From positions 96,001-160,000 of the forward strand of contig CAWCMR010000022.1 in assembly GCA_963796685.1 (NCBI GenBank): a stretch of DNA of 64,000 bases, written 5' to 3'. The notes beneath the pieces were generated by a model. That model worked only from the letters and a program-made list of their open reading frames with translations, did no database searches and was not told the DNA's origin. Origin of the DNA: an uncultured delta proteobacterium (GTDB lineage Bacteria > Myxococcota_A > Polyangia > Fen-1088). Each line of letters opens with the position of its first letter. Within the stretch, counting starts at the first letter, position 1. The position numbers were made by a program, and so were the translations under genes. Below are positions 55,954 to 64,000 of this stretch, piece after piece.

Positions 55954-56139
55954 TCACGAAATGGCGTTGCGAAGTGGGCGCGAGGTCTTGAAGCGTGGCG
56001 CGTGCCACAACATGTGCGAGATGGTCTGCGTGGCCAGACTGGAAACCTCTTGCGGGTTGGCGCCGTACTGCGCGGCCTTGTCGAATACGGTCAGGATCAA
56101 TTCGCCTAGGGGGACGGTCGCTTGCATTTGGGTCTTCAT
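55954..56139 (-). CDS. Small hypothetical protein
   Basis: MKTQMQATVPLGELILTVFDKAAQYGANPQEVSSLAT; first gene after cassette 7. Confidence 0.6.
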   Translation of the reverse strand: MKTQMQATVPLGELILTVFDKAAQYGANPQEVSSLATQTISHMLWHAPRFKTSRPLRNAIS

Positions 56140-56170
56140 ATCTTTGCCTTTCTTGGAATATGCATTCTAC

Positions 56171-56290
56171 CTACAGCAGGTTTCGGGCCATCAAGTAGTT
56201 GGCATTGAATTCAGCAGGTTGCATCGTGAATCGCGATTGTTCCTGGCTTGTTCAATCAAGGTGACGTAGCTTTCCCATCAAATCGAAGGA
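56171..56290 (+). repeat. 120-bp direct repeat, copy A (copy B at 61145-61264)
   Basis: Manual alignment: 114/120 identical, no gaps. Confidence 0.92.
56175..56286 (-). promoter_or_regulatory. sigma54 cassette 7
   Basis: TGGCCCGAAACCTGCT (56190-56175); IHF-like ATTCAGCAGGTTG 56209-56221; TCAAGGTGA 56256-56264 and TCAAATCGA 56278-56286. Confidence 0.88.
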
Positions 56291-56339
56291 GTGGCTGGTG
56301 ACGAGGGAGGGGCAGAAAGCAGGGCGAAGGCGTCGACAC

Positions 56340-56470
56340 CCCTACCGCGCCAGTCATTGAAATCGCCCGCCATGACTATCGCCGCCTCACAGGGGATGCG
56401 TAAATTGATGTAGGCAGCCTGCATGCGAAGCTGCTTGCGGCGCGAGGCCGCAAATAGCCCGAGATGGATC
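56340..56470 (-). pseudogene. Fragment of an endonuclease/exonuclease/phosphatase family gene
   Basis: IHLGLFAASRRKQL...IVMAGDFNDWRG without the family's N- or C-terminal parts. Confidence 0.6.
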
Positions 56471-56492
56471 GGCTCCTTTTGACCAGTCCGGC

Positions 56493-56864
56493 TCATGCTG
56501 CGACGCGCGGGCGCCGGCGCATCGCGACCGTCGAGGTCGCGACTGCATCGTCGTTTCCGCGAAGACGCAGCCACAACTTCGCAAGTCCAGCCAGCTCTAT
56601 CTGGCGCACACGTTCACGCGTGACCGACAATCGACTGGCAATCTCTTCGAGAGTCATGCCGCCACGCTCAGCGGCTTCAAGCGCGCAGGCTTCGCGCACG
56701 ACAGGAAGGTGCATCTCTGCCGGCTTTGCGCCGCGGTTGTCTCGTCGTTCGGAAGTCAGGTTGAAACGGCACACGGTGTGTGGGCACGGGCCCGGAAGCT
56801 TTCGGCAAGCACCCCCCGTGATTTCGTGGAGATTGATGTGCAATTCGCGGGGAATGCGTGGCAT
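56493..56864 (-). CDS. Stand-alone Cys-rich sigma70 region-4 HTH protein
   Basis: CRKLPGPCPHTVCRFNL...CALEAAERGGMTLEEIASRLSVTRERVRQIE; GGAGG RBS. Confidence 0.72.
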   Translation of the reverse strand: MPRIPRELHINLHEITGGACRKLPGPCPHTVCRFNLTSERRDNRGAKPAEMHLPVVREACALEAAERGGMTLEEIASRLSVTRERVRQIELAGLAKLWLRLRGNDDAVATSTVAMRRRPRVAA

Positions 56865-57000
56865 AGGACACCTCCAGGTCTGGAGTTGATGGGTCGTTTC
56901 GCGGATTCCAGTCGACCAAGCAGCTTTCGAGCCATGAGCGAAACGCAGTAGAGATCAACCACTTACAGCATGGCGGGCGACAAAGGCCGGTTCCGTTCCA

Positions 57001-57690
57001 TCAAAGTGAAGTTGTATCTCCGTCCCCATCAAGGATCTCTCGCACCTTTGCCGAAAGCCCCACGACGTCAAAGGGCTTCTGGATGAACCCGTTGCAACCG
57101 CTGTCGAGGAGCTCCTGGGCCTGTCCTTCGATGCTGTAACCACTGGAGAGGAGCCGGCGCGGTCAAGACCTCGTAGCCGAGCTTCTGCAAGAGGCGAGCG
57201 CTGACATTCACGATCTGCTCCTCGTCGTCGACGACCAGGATGGTCCCGGTACCGCGCCGAAGGACCGCCGTGGGGGTCTTGTCCTCCACGGCCTGACGTT
57301 CGGTCGCGGGCAGGAGAAGCGTGAAGACCGTGCCCTTGCCCGTCTCGCTCTCGACCCCGATGAAACCTGCGTGGTTCTTGATGATGCCGTAGACCGAGGC
57401 GAGCCCCAGCCCCGTGCCCTGGCCAGGGCCCTTGGTTGTGAAGAAGGGTTCGAAGATCCTCGCCATGGTTTTGGCGTCCATTCCACATCCCGTGTCGGTG
57501 ACGATGAGTTTCGCGTAAAGGCCAGGCGGAACCCCGGTCTGTGCTCCGGGCCCGCTGTAACTCCTCGTTCTGCATCTCCAGCTCAATCTGGTGTACTTGC
57601 AGTTCGTGCAATAGCCGGCGCATCTCCAACGGCGTGTTGGCCCTTTCCGCGCATCCGTCACTCCCATAACTTCCCTTGATCCCATTTCCC
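57001..57690 (-). pseudogene. Hybrid histidine kinase remnant with internal deletions
   Basis: Pieces in different frames: LLHELQVHQIELEMQNEEL; DTGCGMD..FEPFFTTKG..GTGLGL..ILVVDDE; SSGYS..GFIQKPF. PAS, HisKA and mid-receiver segments are missing. Confidence 0.8.
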
Positions 57691-57692
57691 TA

Positions 57693-60281
57693 TTAGACCG
57701 ATTGATTCTGGCGCAGTGTCGCCTCGAGTGTCTTGGCTGCGGTGATATCGGCAAAGGTGATCACGACGCCATCAATGCGGTTGTCCAGCGTGCGGTAGGG
57801 CATGATGCGCACCGCGAACCAGCGCCCGTCGACGGTCTTCACCGGCGTCTCCTTGAACACCAGGGTTCGGAGGACAGTTTGCGCGTCGGAAGCGAGCTCG
57901 GGATAGACCAAATCCGAAGCAAGATCGCTGATGGGTCGATTCAGGTCGCCGGGAATGAGCTTGATGATCTTCGTCATCCGCGGGGTGAAGCGCCGCACCT
58001 TCAGCGCTTCATCCAGGAACAGGGTGGCGATGTCGGTGCTGTCCAGCAGGTTTCGCATGTCATCGTTGGCGTGCGATTCGGCGTCGACCTTGGCCTGCAG
58101 CTCGTGATTGAGGGTTTGCAGCTCCTCGTTCAGGGACTGCATTTCCTCCTTGGACGTGGTCAGCTCCTCGTTCGTGCTCTGCAGCTCCTCGTTGGTGGAC
58201 TGCAATTCCTCGTTGGCCGATTTGAGCTCTTCCTGGGACGTCTGCATTTCCTCCCGCGTGGATCGGATCTCCTCGCGCGCATGCCGTAGCTCCTTTTCCA
58301 GCCTCTCCTCGGACGCGGAAATGCGCGTGCGCTTGCCCGCCGGTTTATCGGCGGGGGACTCGCTCACCTCGGTGAACACGATCATCACCATCCCGCACAT
58401 CGCTGGCGGCTCGCGCAGCGGCTCGATGGTGACGTCAACAACCTGGACGACCCCGCGGTCTTTCAACCGCACGCGAATCTGCGCGGCGCCGCGCTGCTCT
58501 CGCAGTGCCTTCTGGAAGGCACCACCAAGCTCGTTGCGCAATCCCTCGCGGGCCATGGCATGGATGTTCCAGTTGGCTTTGCCGGCAGCCGGCTCGAGAT
58601 ACCTGCCCGTTCGCCCGCTGATATAGAGAATGTCCCCCTGGCCGTTGGTGAGCACGGCGGCGGGGGAATAGCGGGCGAGCAGAAGCTGCTCGGCCTGAGC
58701 TTGCAGATTGGGAAGCGCCACCCCTCTGCCAGCCGCCGGGTCCGTCGGACGTGGACGGGCATGGAAGGATGCCGGAAATTCGACCGGCGTGGCCCCGGGC
58801 TGTGCATCGAGGCGGCGATGGATCCGGTTTTTGCCGCCCTTCGGGGCAAAAAGGTCGGCGACCGGCCCCAGCGTCTCCGCGCTGCCCAGAAAGAGGATGC
58901 CGCCCGGACTCAGGCTGTAGTGAAAAATCGGAAGAAGCTTCGTTTGCAGCTCGGGCTCGAAGTAGATGAGAAGGTTGCGGCAACTCAGAATGTCCAGCTT
59001 GGTGAAAGGGGGATCCATGATGATGTTCTGGGTGGCGAAAACCACCGACTCGCGGATGTCCTGCCGCACTCGGTAGCCTTGCTCTTCCTTCACGAAGAAT
59101 CGGCCCAATCGCTCCACCGAAACGTCGCTGGCGATGCTGGTCGGGTAGCTTCCCTGTCTCGCTCTTTCGATGGAGTCCTTGTCGAGGTCGGTGGCGAAGA
59201 TCTGCAGCAGGTAGCTTCGGGCCGGCTGCGCCTCCGCCAATACCTCCCTGAAGATAATGGCCAGCGAATATGCCTCCTCTCCGGTCGAGCAGCCTGGCAC
59301 CCACGCCCGCAGTACCCCACCCATGGGGCGTTCCGACAGCAGGGCAGGGATGGCCTTTTTCTTCAGGTAGTCCCAGGCTTCCGGATCGCGGAAGAAGTTG
59401 GTTACGCCGATGAGGAGTTCCTTGAAGAGAATTGCGGTTTCCTGCGGGCTCTCCTGCATATAGCGCAAGTAGCCGGTGATACCGGCGATGTGGTGAAGTC
59501 CCATGCGCCGCTCGATGCGGCGGTAGATGGTGCTTCGCTTGTACTGCGAAAAATCGTGACCGGTCTGACTTCGCAAGAGGACGCATATCTTCTCGATCGC
59601 ACTTTCGGTCTTGGAGGCCAGGACGAGACCGGGAGAGGCTACGCGTGGAGGGCGGGCGAGGTAGGCTACGATCTTGTCAGCCAGTTCCTCGACGGGCGCC
59701 ACCACATCCGCCAGCCCTGCATCGATGGCGCTCCTGGGCATGGAGTCGAACTTGGCAGACGCGGGGCTTTGCACGAACACCGCCCCCCCCTTCTCTTTGA
59801 TGGCAGAGAGACCGAGGGTACCATCCGATCCCATTCCCGAGAGGAGCACCCCGATGCCCTGGGGCCCTTGGTCCGCGGCCAGGGAGCGCAGGAAAAGGTC
59901 AATGGGCAGACGCAGCCCATGCGGCGCCGCCGGTGCCAGCAAGTGCAGCACTCCGTGCAGGATAGACAGATCTTTGTTGGGAGGAATGACGTAGACGCGA
60001 TCAGGCTCGACCTTCAGGCGATCCTTGACCTGAAGAACCTTCATCGGTGTGGCCCGCGATAGCAGCTCGACCAACATGCCCTTGTGAGTCGGGTCCAAAT
60101 GTTGAACGATCACGAAGGCGAGGCCGCTCTTGTCCGGTAAGTGGCGCAAGAAGGTCTCGAGCGCCTCCAGACCTCCAGCCGAGGCACCGATGCCGACGAT
60201 GGGGAACGAAGGAGGCGTTCCCGCGACCAATTTGGTGGCTTTCTCCGCTTTCAGGGTTTTCAGTTGTCGTTTGCGAGTCAT
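57693..60281 (-). CDS. CheB-CheR fusion with coiled coil and C-terminal PAS
   Basis: GIGASAGG, VQHL, GMGSDG (CheB triad); IGVTNFFRD, GCSTGEEAYS, CRNLLIY (CheR); EELQSTNEEL repeats. Confidence 0.92.
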   Translation of the reverse strand: MTRKRQLKTLKAEKATKLVAGTPPSFPIVGIGASAGGLEALETFLRHLPDKSGLAFVIVQHLDPTHKGMLVELLSRATPMKVLQVKDRLKVEPDRVYVIPPNKDLSILHGVLHLLAPAAPHGLRLPIDLFLRSLAADQGPQGIGVLLSGMGSDGTLGLSAIKEKGGAVFVQSPASAKFDSMPRSAIDAGLADVVAPVEELADKIVAYLARPPRVASPGLVLASKTESAIEKICVLLRSQTGHDFSQYKRSTIYRRIERRMGLHHIAGITGYLRYMQESPQETAILFKELLIGVTNFFRDPEAWDYLKKKAIPALLSERPMGGVLRAWVPGCSTGEEAYSLAIIFREVLAEAQPARSYLLQIFATDLDKDSIERARQGSYPTSIASDVSVERLGRFFVKEEQGYRVRQDIRESVVFATQNIIMDPPFTKLDILSCRNLLIYFEPELQTKLLPIFHYSLSPGGILFLGSAETLGPVADLFAPKGGKNRIHRRLDAQPGATPVEFPASFHARPRPTDPAAGRGVALPNLQAQAEQLLLARYSPAAVLTNGQGDILYISGRTGRYLEPAAGKANWNIHAMAREGLRNELGGAFQKALREQRGAAQIRVRLKDRGVVQVVDVTIEPLREPPAMCGMVMIVFTEVSESPADKPAGKRTRISASEERLEKELRHAREEIRSTREEMQTSQEELKSANEELQSTNEELQSTNEELTTSKEEMQSLNEELQTLNHELQAKVDAESHANDDMRNLLDSTDIATLFLDEALKVRRFTPRMTKIIKLIPGDLNRPISDLASDLVYPELASDAQTVLRTLVFKETPVKTVDGRWFAVRIMPYRTLDNRIDGVVITFADITAAKTLEATLRQNQSV

Positions 60282-60449
60282 TTGGGTAGGGCTCCCGATT
60301 GTGAGCTTGGCCGAGCCTGATGCATGGTCTGGGCCAGTCGAGGTTGTGCGAGCGAAGCGAGATGTTCGATGAGGCGAAGGCACCATTGGCTGCGCGCTTG
60401 ACGTACGCTCCTGGAGCTCACCGCAGCGAAGAGAGGATGAGGGTGCCCG

Positions 60450-61172
60450 ATGAATGGCAAGGATGACAAGCCGAAAGGCATCGCCGGACTGCGCTGGCGG
60501 GCCGAAGAGATCGCCCAGGGGCAAGGCGCTCTCTCGCCAAAGGAGCTCACGCTCATGTCGCGCGAAGAAATGCTGAAGCTTGTCCATGAGCTTCGCGTGC
60601 ATCAGATCGAGCTGAAGATGCAGAATGAAGAGCTGGTTCGGGCCCAATCGGACCTGACCGCGACCAGGGAGCGCTATTTCGATCTCTGTAACTTGGCGCC
60701 CGTGGGTTACTTCGTCGTCTCCCGCGAGGGGCGCATTTTGGAAACCAATTCGACCGGCGCTATCCTGCTGGGCCTTCCCCGGGCCGCTCTCATCAAACAG
60801 CCCATCACCAAAACGGGCCAAGCGCTCACGTGCGAGCTGCGGATGGTGAAGGCCGACGGAGCCGCATTCTGGGTTCGCCTGACAGCCACCACGCAGGCCC
60901 CCGCAGGCACCGACGGTGCGCCCGTGAGCCGCGTCGTGCTGAGCGACATAAGCGAGCAGAAACAGATGGAGCGAGACAATGCCATGCTGGATGCTCGACT
61001 GCAACAGACCGAGCTCCAGGGCGCCGAGACCGCAAGCCCTCGAGGGGAAAAGGTGGCAAAGGCAGCAGAGATCGGGGAAAGACCTCCGGAAGCTGAGTCT
61101 TGCGGCGTTCCATTCATGGCGTGCGCCGCGAAGAATCCGAGTCCCTACAGCAGGTTTCGGGCCGTCAAGTAG
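60450..61172 (+). pseudogene. Truncated PAS sensor (N-terminal part of a kinase)
   Basis: LRWRAEE, HELRVHQIELKMQNEEL, YFDL..APVGY, SDISEQKQME; no output domain; ORF ends inside cassette 8. Confidence 0.65.
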
Positions 61173-61260
61173 TCGGCAATGAATTCAGCAGCTTGCGTCG
61201 TGAATCGCGATTGTTCCTGGCTTGTTCAATCAAGGTGACGTAGGTTTCCCATCAAATCGA
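61149..61260 (-). promoter_or_regulatory. sigma54 cassette 8, adjacent to the activator gene
   Basis: CGGCCCGAAACCTGCT (61164-61149); IHF-like ATTCAGCAGCTTG 61183-61195; TCAAGGTGA 61230-61238 and TCAAATCGA 61252-61260. Confidence 0.85.
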
Positions 61261-61276
61261 AGGACTGGTGGTGGTG

Positions 61277-62929
61277 ATGAGGGCAGGCGATCTAGACCAT
61301 AAGGAATTGCTCGAGCTCGACCCGGAAGGAGGCGTGATTCGCTTCGCCGGACAGCGAGCGCTGCTGCTCGATGCAGTGGCCATGGGACTTCTGCGCAAAT
61401 ACCTCGTGGAAAACTTTGGTGCCACCGCGGCGCGCACCGTGCTGACTCAATTCGGCTTTGCCCACGGTTGGCGCATGGCCGAGGCCATGCAGGCCGAATT
61501 CCAGTGGGAGAACAAGGCGGAGTGGCAGCTCGCCGGTACCCGCATCCACACCCTCGAGGGTCTCTTTCGCTTGGAGTTGGAGAGCCAGGGACCTCTTTCC
61601 AAGCCGGGCATGACGCTCACGGCGTCCTACGAAGCGGAGCAACATCTCCTGCACTTCGGTCGCTCGGACGTGCCCGCGTGCTGGACCATTTGTGGCCTGA
61701 CCAGCGGCTACCTCAGCAAGAGCTCGGGGAAGAGATCTACGTCCTCGAAGACCGCTGTATGGGCAAGGGCGATGTGGCCTGCCACCTCATCGGCCGGACG
61801 CGTGCGGAGTGGGGTGACGAGCACGCGGAGGAGCTGCGTTTCTTCGAGGCGAAGCGGCTCGAGGACTGCCTCGACGTTTCGCTCCAGCGGGTCACGGAGA
61901 CGCTCAAGGTCGCCGAACAGAAGCTGCGCACCCACCGTCGCGCTCTGGTTCGCGTGGCCCGCGATGTCGAGGAACCGCTCGGGATCGTCGCCAAGAGCGT
62001 CGCTATGGCGCAGTTGGTGGATTTGGCGCGCCGGGTGGCCAAAGTCGATTCGACCGTTCTCATCACCGGGGAGAGCGGATCGGGCAAGGAGCGGGTTGCC
62101 CGACTGGTGCACGAAGAGTCCACGCGCGCCGCGGGGCCGTTCGTCGCCGTCAACTGCGGCGCCATCACCGAAACCCTGCTCGAAAGCGAGCTCTTCGGTC
62201 ACGCCCGCGGTGCGTTCACGGGCGCCACGCAAGATCGGCCGGGCCTGTTCGAGTCGGCCAACAGCGGGACGCTGCTGCTCGACGAAGTCGGCGAGGTCTC
62301 GCCGGGCATGCAGGTGAAGCTCTTGCGCGCGCTGCAAGAGCGGGAGATCCGGCGCGTGGGCGAGAACAAGAGTCGCAAGGTCGACGTGCGCGTGGTGGCT
62401 GCCACCAACCGCGACCTCGCCCACGGCGTGGCAGGCGGCAGTTTCCGCCAGGATCTCTACTATCGGCTCAAGGTCGTCGAGCTGCACGTCCCACCCCTGC
62501 GCGAGCGCAGAGACGACATCTTGCCCCTCGGCCGCGTGCTGCTCGCGAGCTCGGCACTGCAGATGAAGCGCAAGATCGCGGGGCTTGCCCCGGACGCCGC
62601 CGACCAGCTTCTGCGCTACGAGTGGCCGGGGAACGTGCGCGAGCTGGAAAACGCCATGGAGCGGGCCGTCGCGCTCGCTCGCGGAACCCGAGTCGAGCTC
62701 GAGGATCTGCCGGAGGAGATCCGCCAGGCACTGACGGCCCCCGTGGCCACCAAGGGGAAGGTGCGGCCGCTCGAAGAGGTCGAGAAGGAGTACATCCTCG
62801 CGGCCTTGGAGCTGCAATGACGGCAACCAGACCCACACCGCCCAGCAGCTCCACATCGGCTCGGCGACGCTCTACCGCAAGCTCAAGAGCTACGGTTTGA
62901 TCGGCAAGAAGCACGCACTCGCGAGCTAA
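61277..62929 (+). pseudogene. sigma54 enhancer-binding protein (XylR-N, V4R, AAA+, Fis HTH) with two single-base frameshifts (~61733, ~62816)
   Basis: [41 protein letters not shown]...C; [29 protein letters not shown]; shifted tail [23 protein letters not shown]. Confidence 0.9.
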
Positions 62930-64000
62930 ACCGGCGCCTCTCCTGCACCGATATCGCAGTCGAGCACCTCGCGGACCTTGTGCGCCAGATCCGTCGTGGT
63001 GAACGGCTTGCCGATGAAGTGCACTCCTTCGTCGACAACACCATGGTGGATGAATTCATTGTCGGCGTAGCCTGACATGTAGAGAACCTTGACGGCAGGT
63101 TGCTTCTGCTCCATCTCTTGCGCAAGCGCTCTGCCGCTCATCCGCGGCATGACCATGTCGGTCAGGAGGAGACGGATGGCGCCCGTGTGTTGTGACGAGA
63201 TCTGCAGGGCATCACCAGCAGAGGCGGCGGACAGCACACGGTAGCCAGCCGACTCGAGAGCTCTCACCGCGACCTTACGGATGGCCTCTTCATCCTCGAC
63301 CACGAGAATGGTTTCCGTACCCGTGGGTTGCCGCGTAACCGCGCGCAGTCGGGTGGAGGTCACTTTGAGGGAAGACTCACGCGGGAGAAAGATCTCGAAG
63401 GTGCTTCCTCGGCCCAATTCGCTTCGGACCCAGATGATGCCGCCTATCTGCTTGACGATGCCATACACCGTGGACAGGCCGAGCCCGGTCCCTTTGCCCT
63501 TCTCCTTGGTCGTGTAGAAGGGCTCGAAGAGTTGCGCCTTGGTCCGCTCGTCCATACCGCAGCCCGTGTCTGTGACCGCAAGCCGGATGTACCGGCCGGG
63601 CTTCATGGCCACGTGGCGTGCCGCGCGCGCATCGTCGATCTCCACGTTCGAGGTTTCGATGGTCAGCTTTCCGCCCTCTGACATGGCGTCGCGGGCGTTG
63701 ACGACCAAGTTCATGAGCACTTGTTCTATCTGGCCCTGATCGGCCCTCACCAAGCCCAGATCCGGCGCGAGAGCTTGGACGAATTCGATGTCCTCGCCGA
63801 GGATCCGCTGAAGCATGCTCTCGACTCCTGCGGAGACTTGGTTCAGATTCAGGGGCACTGGTTGCACAAGCTGCTTGCGCCCGAAAGCGAGGAGTTGTCG
63901 AATCAGCTGCGCTCCGCGATTCCCGGCCTTCTGCACCTCGAGAAGATCGTCCTTGAGAGGATCGCCCTCGCGTAGCTCCACGAGCGCGAACTCCGTGTAG
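62926..64000 (-). CDS. Hybrid sensor histidine kinase (HisKA, HATPase, receiver); 5' end beyond the window
   Basis: QVLMNLVVNARDAM, DTGCGMD, GTGLGL, LVVEDE, LLTDMVMP, MSGY, KPF. Confidence 0.9.
   Translation of the reverse strand, partial: YTEFALVELREGDPLKDDLLEVQKAGNRGAQLIRQLLAFGRKQLVQPVPLNLNQVSAGVESMLQRILGEDIEFVQALAPDLGLVRADQGQIEQVLMNLVVNARDAMSEGGKLTIETSNVEIDDARAARHVAMKPGRYIRLAVTDTGCGMDERTKAQLFEPFYTTKEKGKGTGLGLSTVYGIVKQIGGIIWVRSELGRGSTFEIFLPRESSLKVTSTRLRAVTRQPTGTETILVVEDEEAIRKVAVRALESAGYRVLSAASAGDALQISSQHTGAIRLLLTDMVMPRMSGRALAQEMEQKQPAVKVLYMSGYADNEFIHHGVVDEGVHFIGKPFTTTDLAHKVREVLDCDIGAGEAPV

Noticed and set aside
60282-61004. 240-aa N-terminal extension of CheBR in the ORF track
   Set aside because: It is the antisense read of the + strand PAS gene; CheB homology begins just after ATG 60281.

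Overview
GC-rich bacterial DNA whose gene families suggest Myxococcota/Deltaproteobacteria (inference). Almost the whole window is a stress/survival gene island. It encodes a giant cyclic beta-1,2-glucan synthase-like gene (runs off the left end), groES-groEL, a BamA/TamA-like outer-membrane protein, OmpA/DUF4398 lipoproteins, a DUF3494 ice-binding-like lipoprotein, wcaJ, a C39 peptidase with a small Gly-rich/TM partner, glycogen phosphorylase, two PRC-barrel proteins and many small general-stress membrane proteins. A UPF0182 gene is disrupted by an IS701 element. A ~21.6 kb catabolic run follows (gnd, glgX, HAD, ackA, xfp, fba, glucoamylase, sugar porter, P-type H+-ATPase, tal, Cu-ATPase, DUF2254). 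The right end holds a signalling block: CheB-CheR fusion, decayed PAS/kinase genes, a XylR-N/V4R sigma54 enhancer-binding protein and a hybrid kinase. The main observation is non-coding. Eight copies of one ~110 bp regulatory cassette with fixed geometry were found: a sigma54 -24/-12 promoter, an IHF-like site 18-19 bp upstream, and two TCA-N3-(T/C)GA half-palindromes exactly 22 bp apart starting 65-68 bp upstream. Seven copies lead almost every transcription unit and one abuts the activator gene. This points to a self-contained sigma54/bEBP-driven general-stress regulon. Several genes carry single-base frameshifts, which may be sequencing errors or decay.
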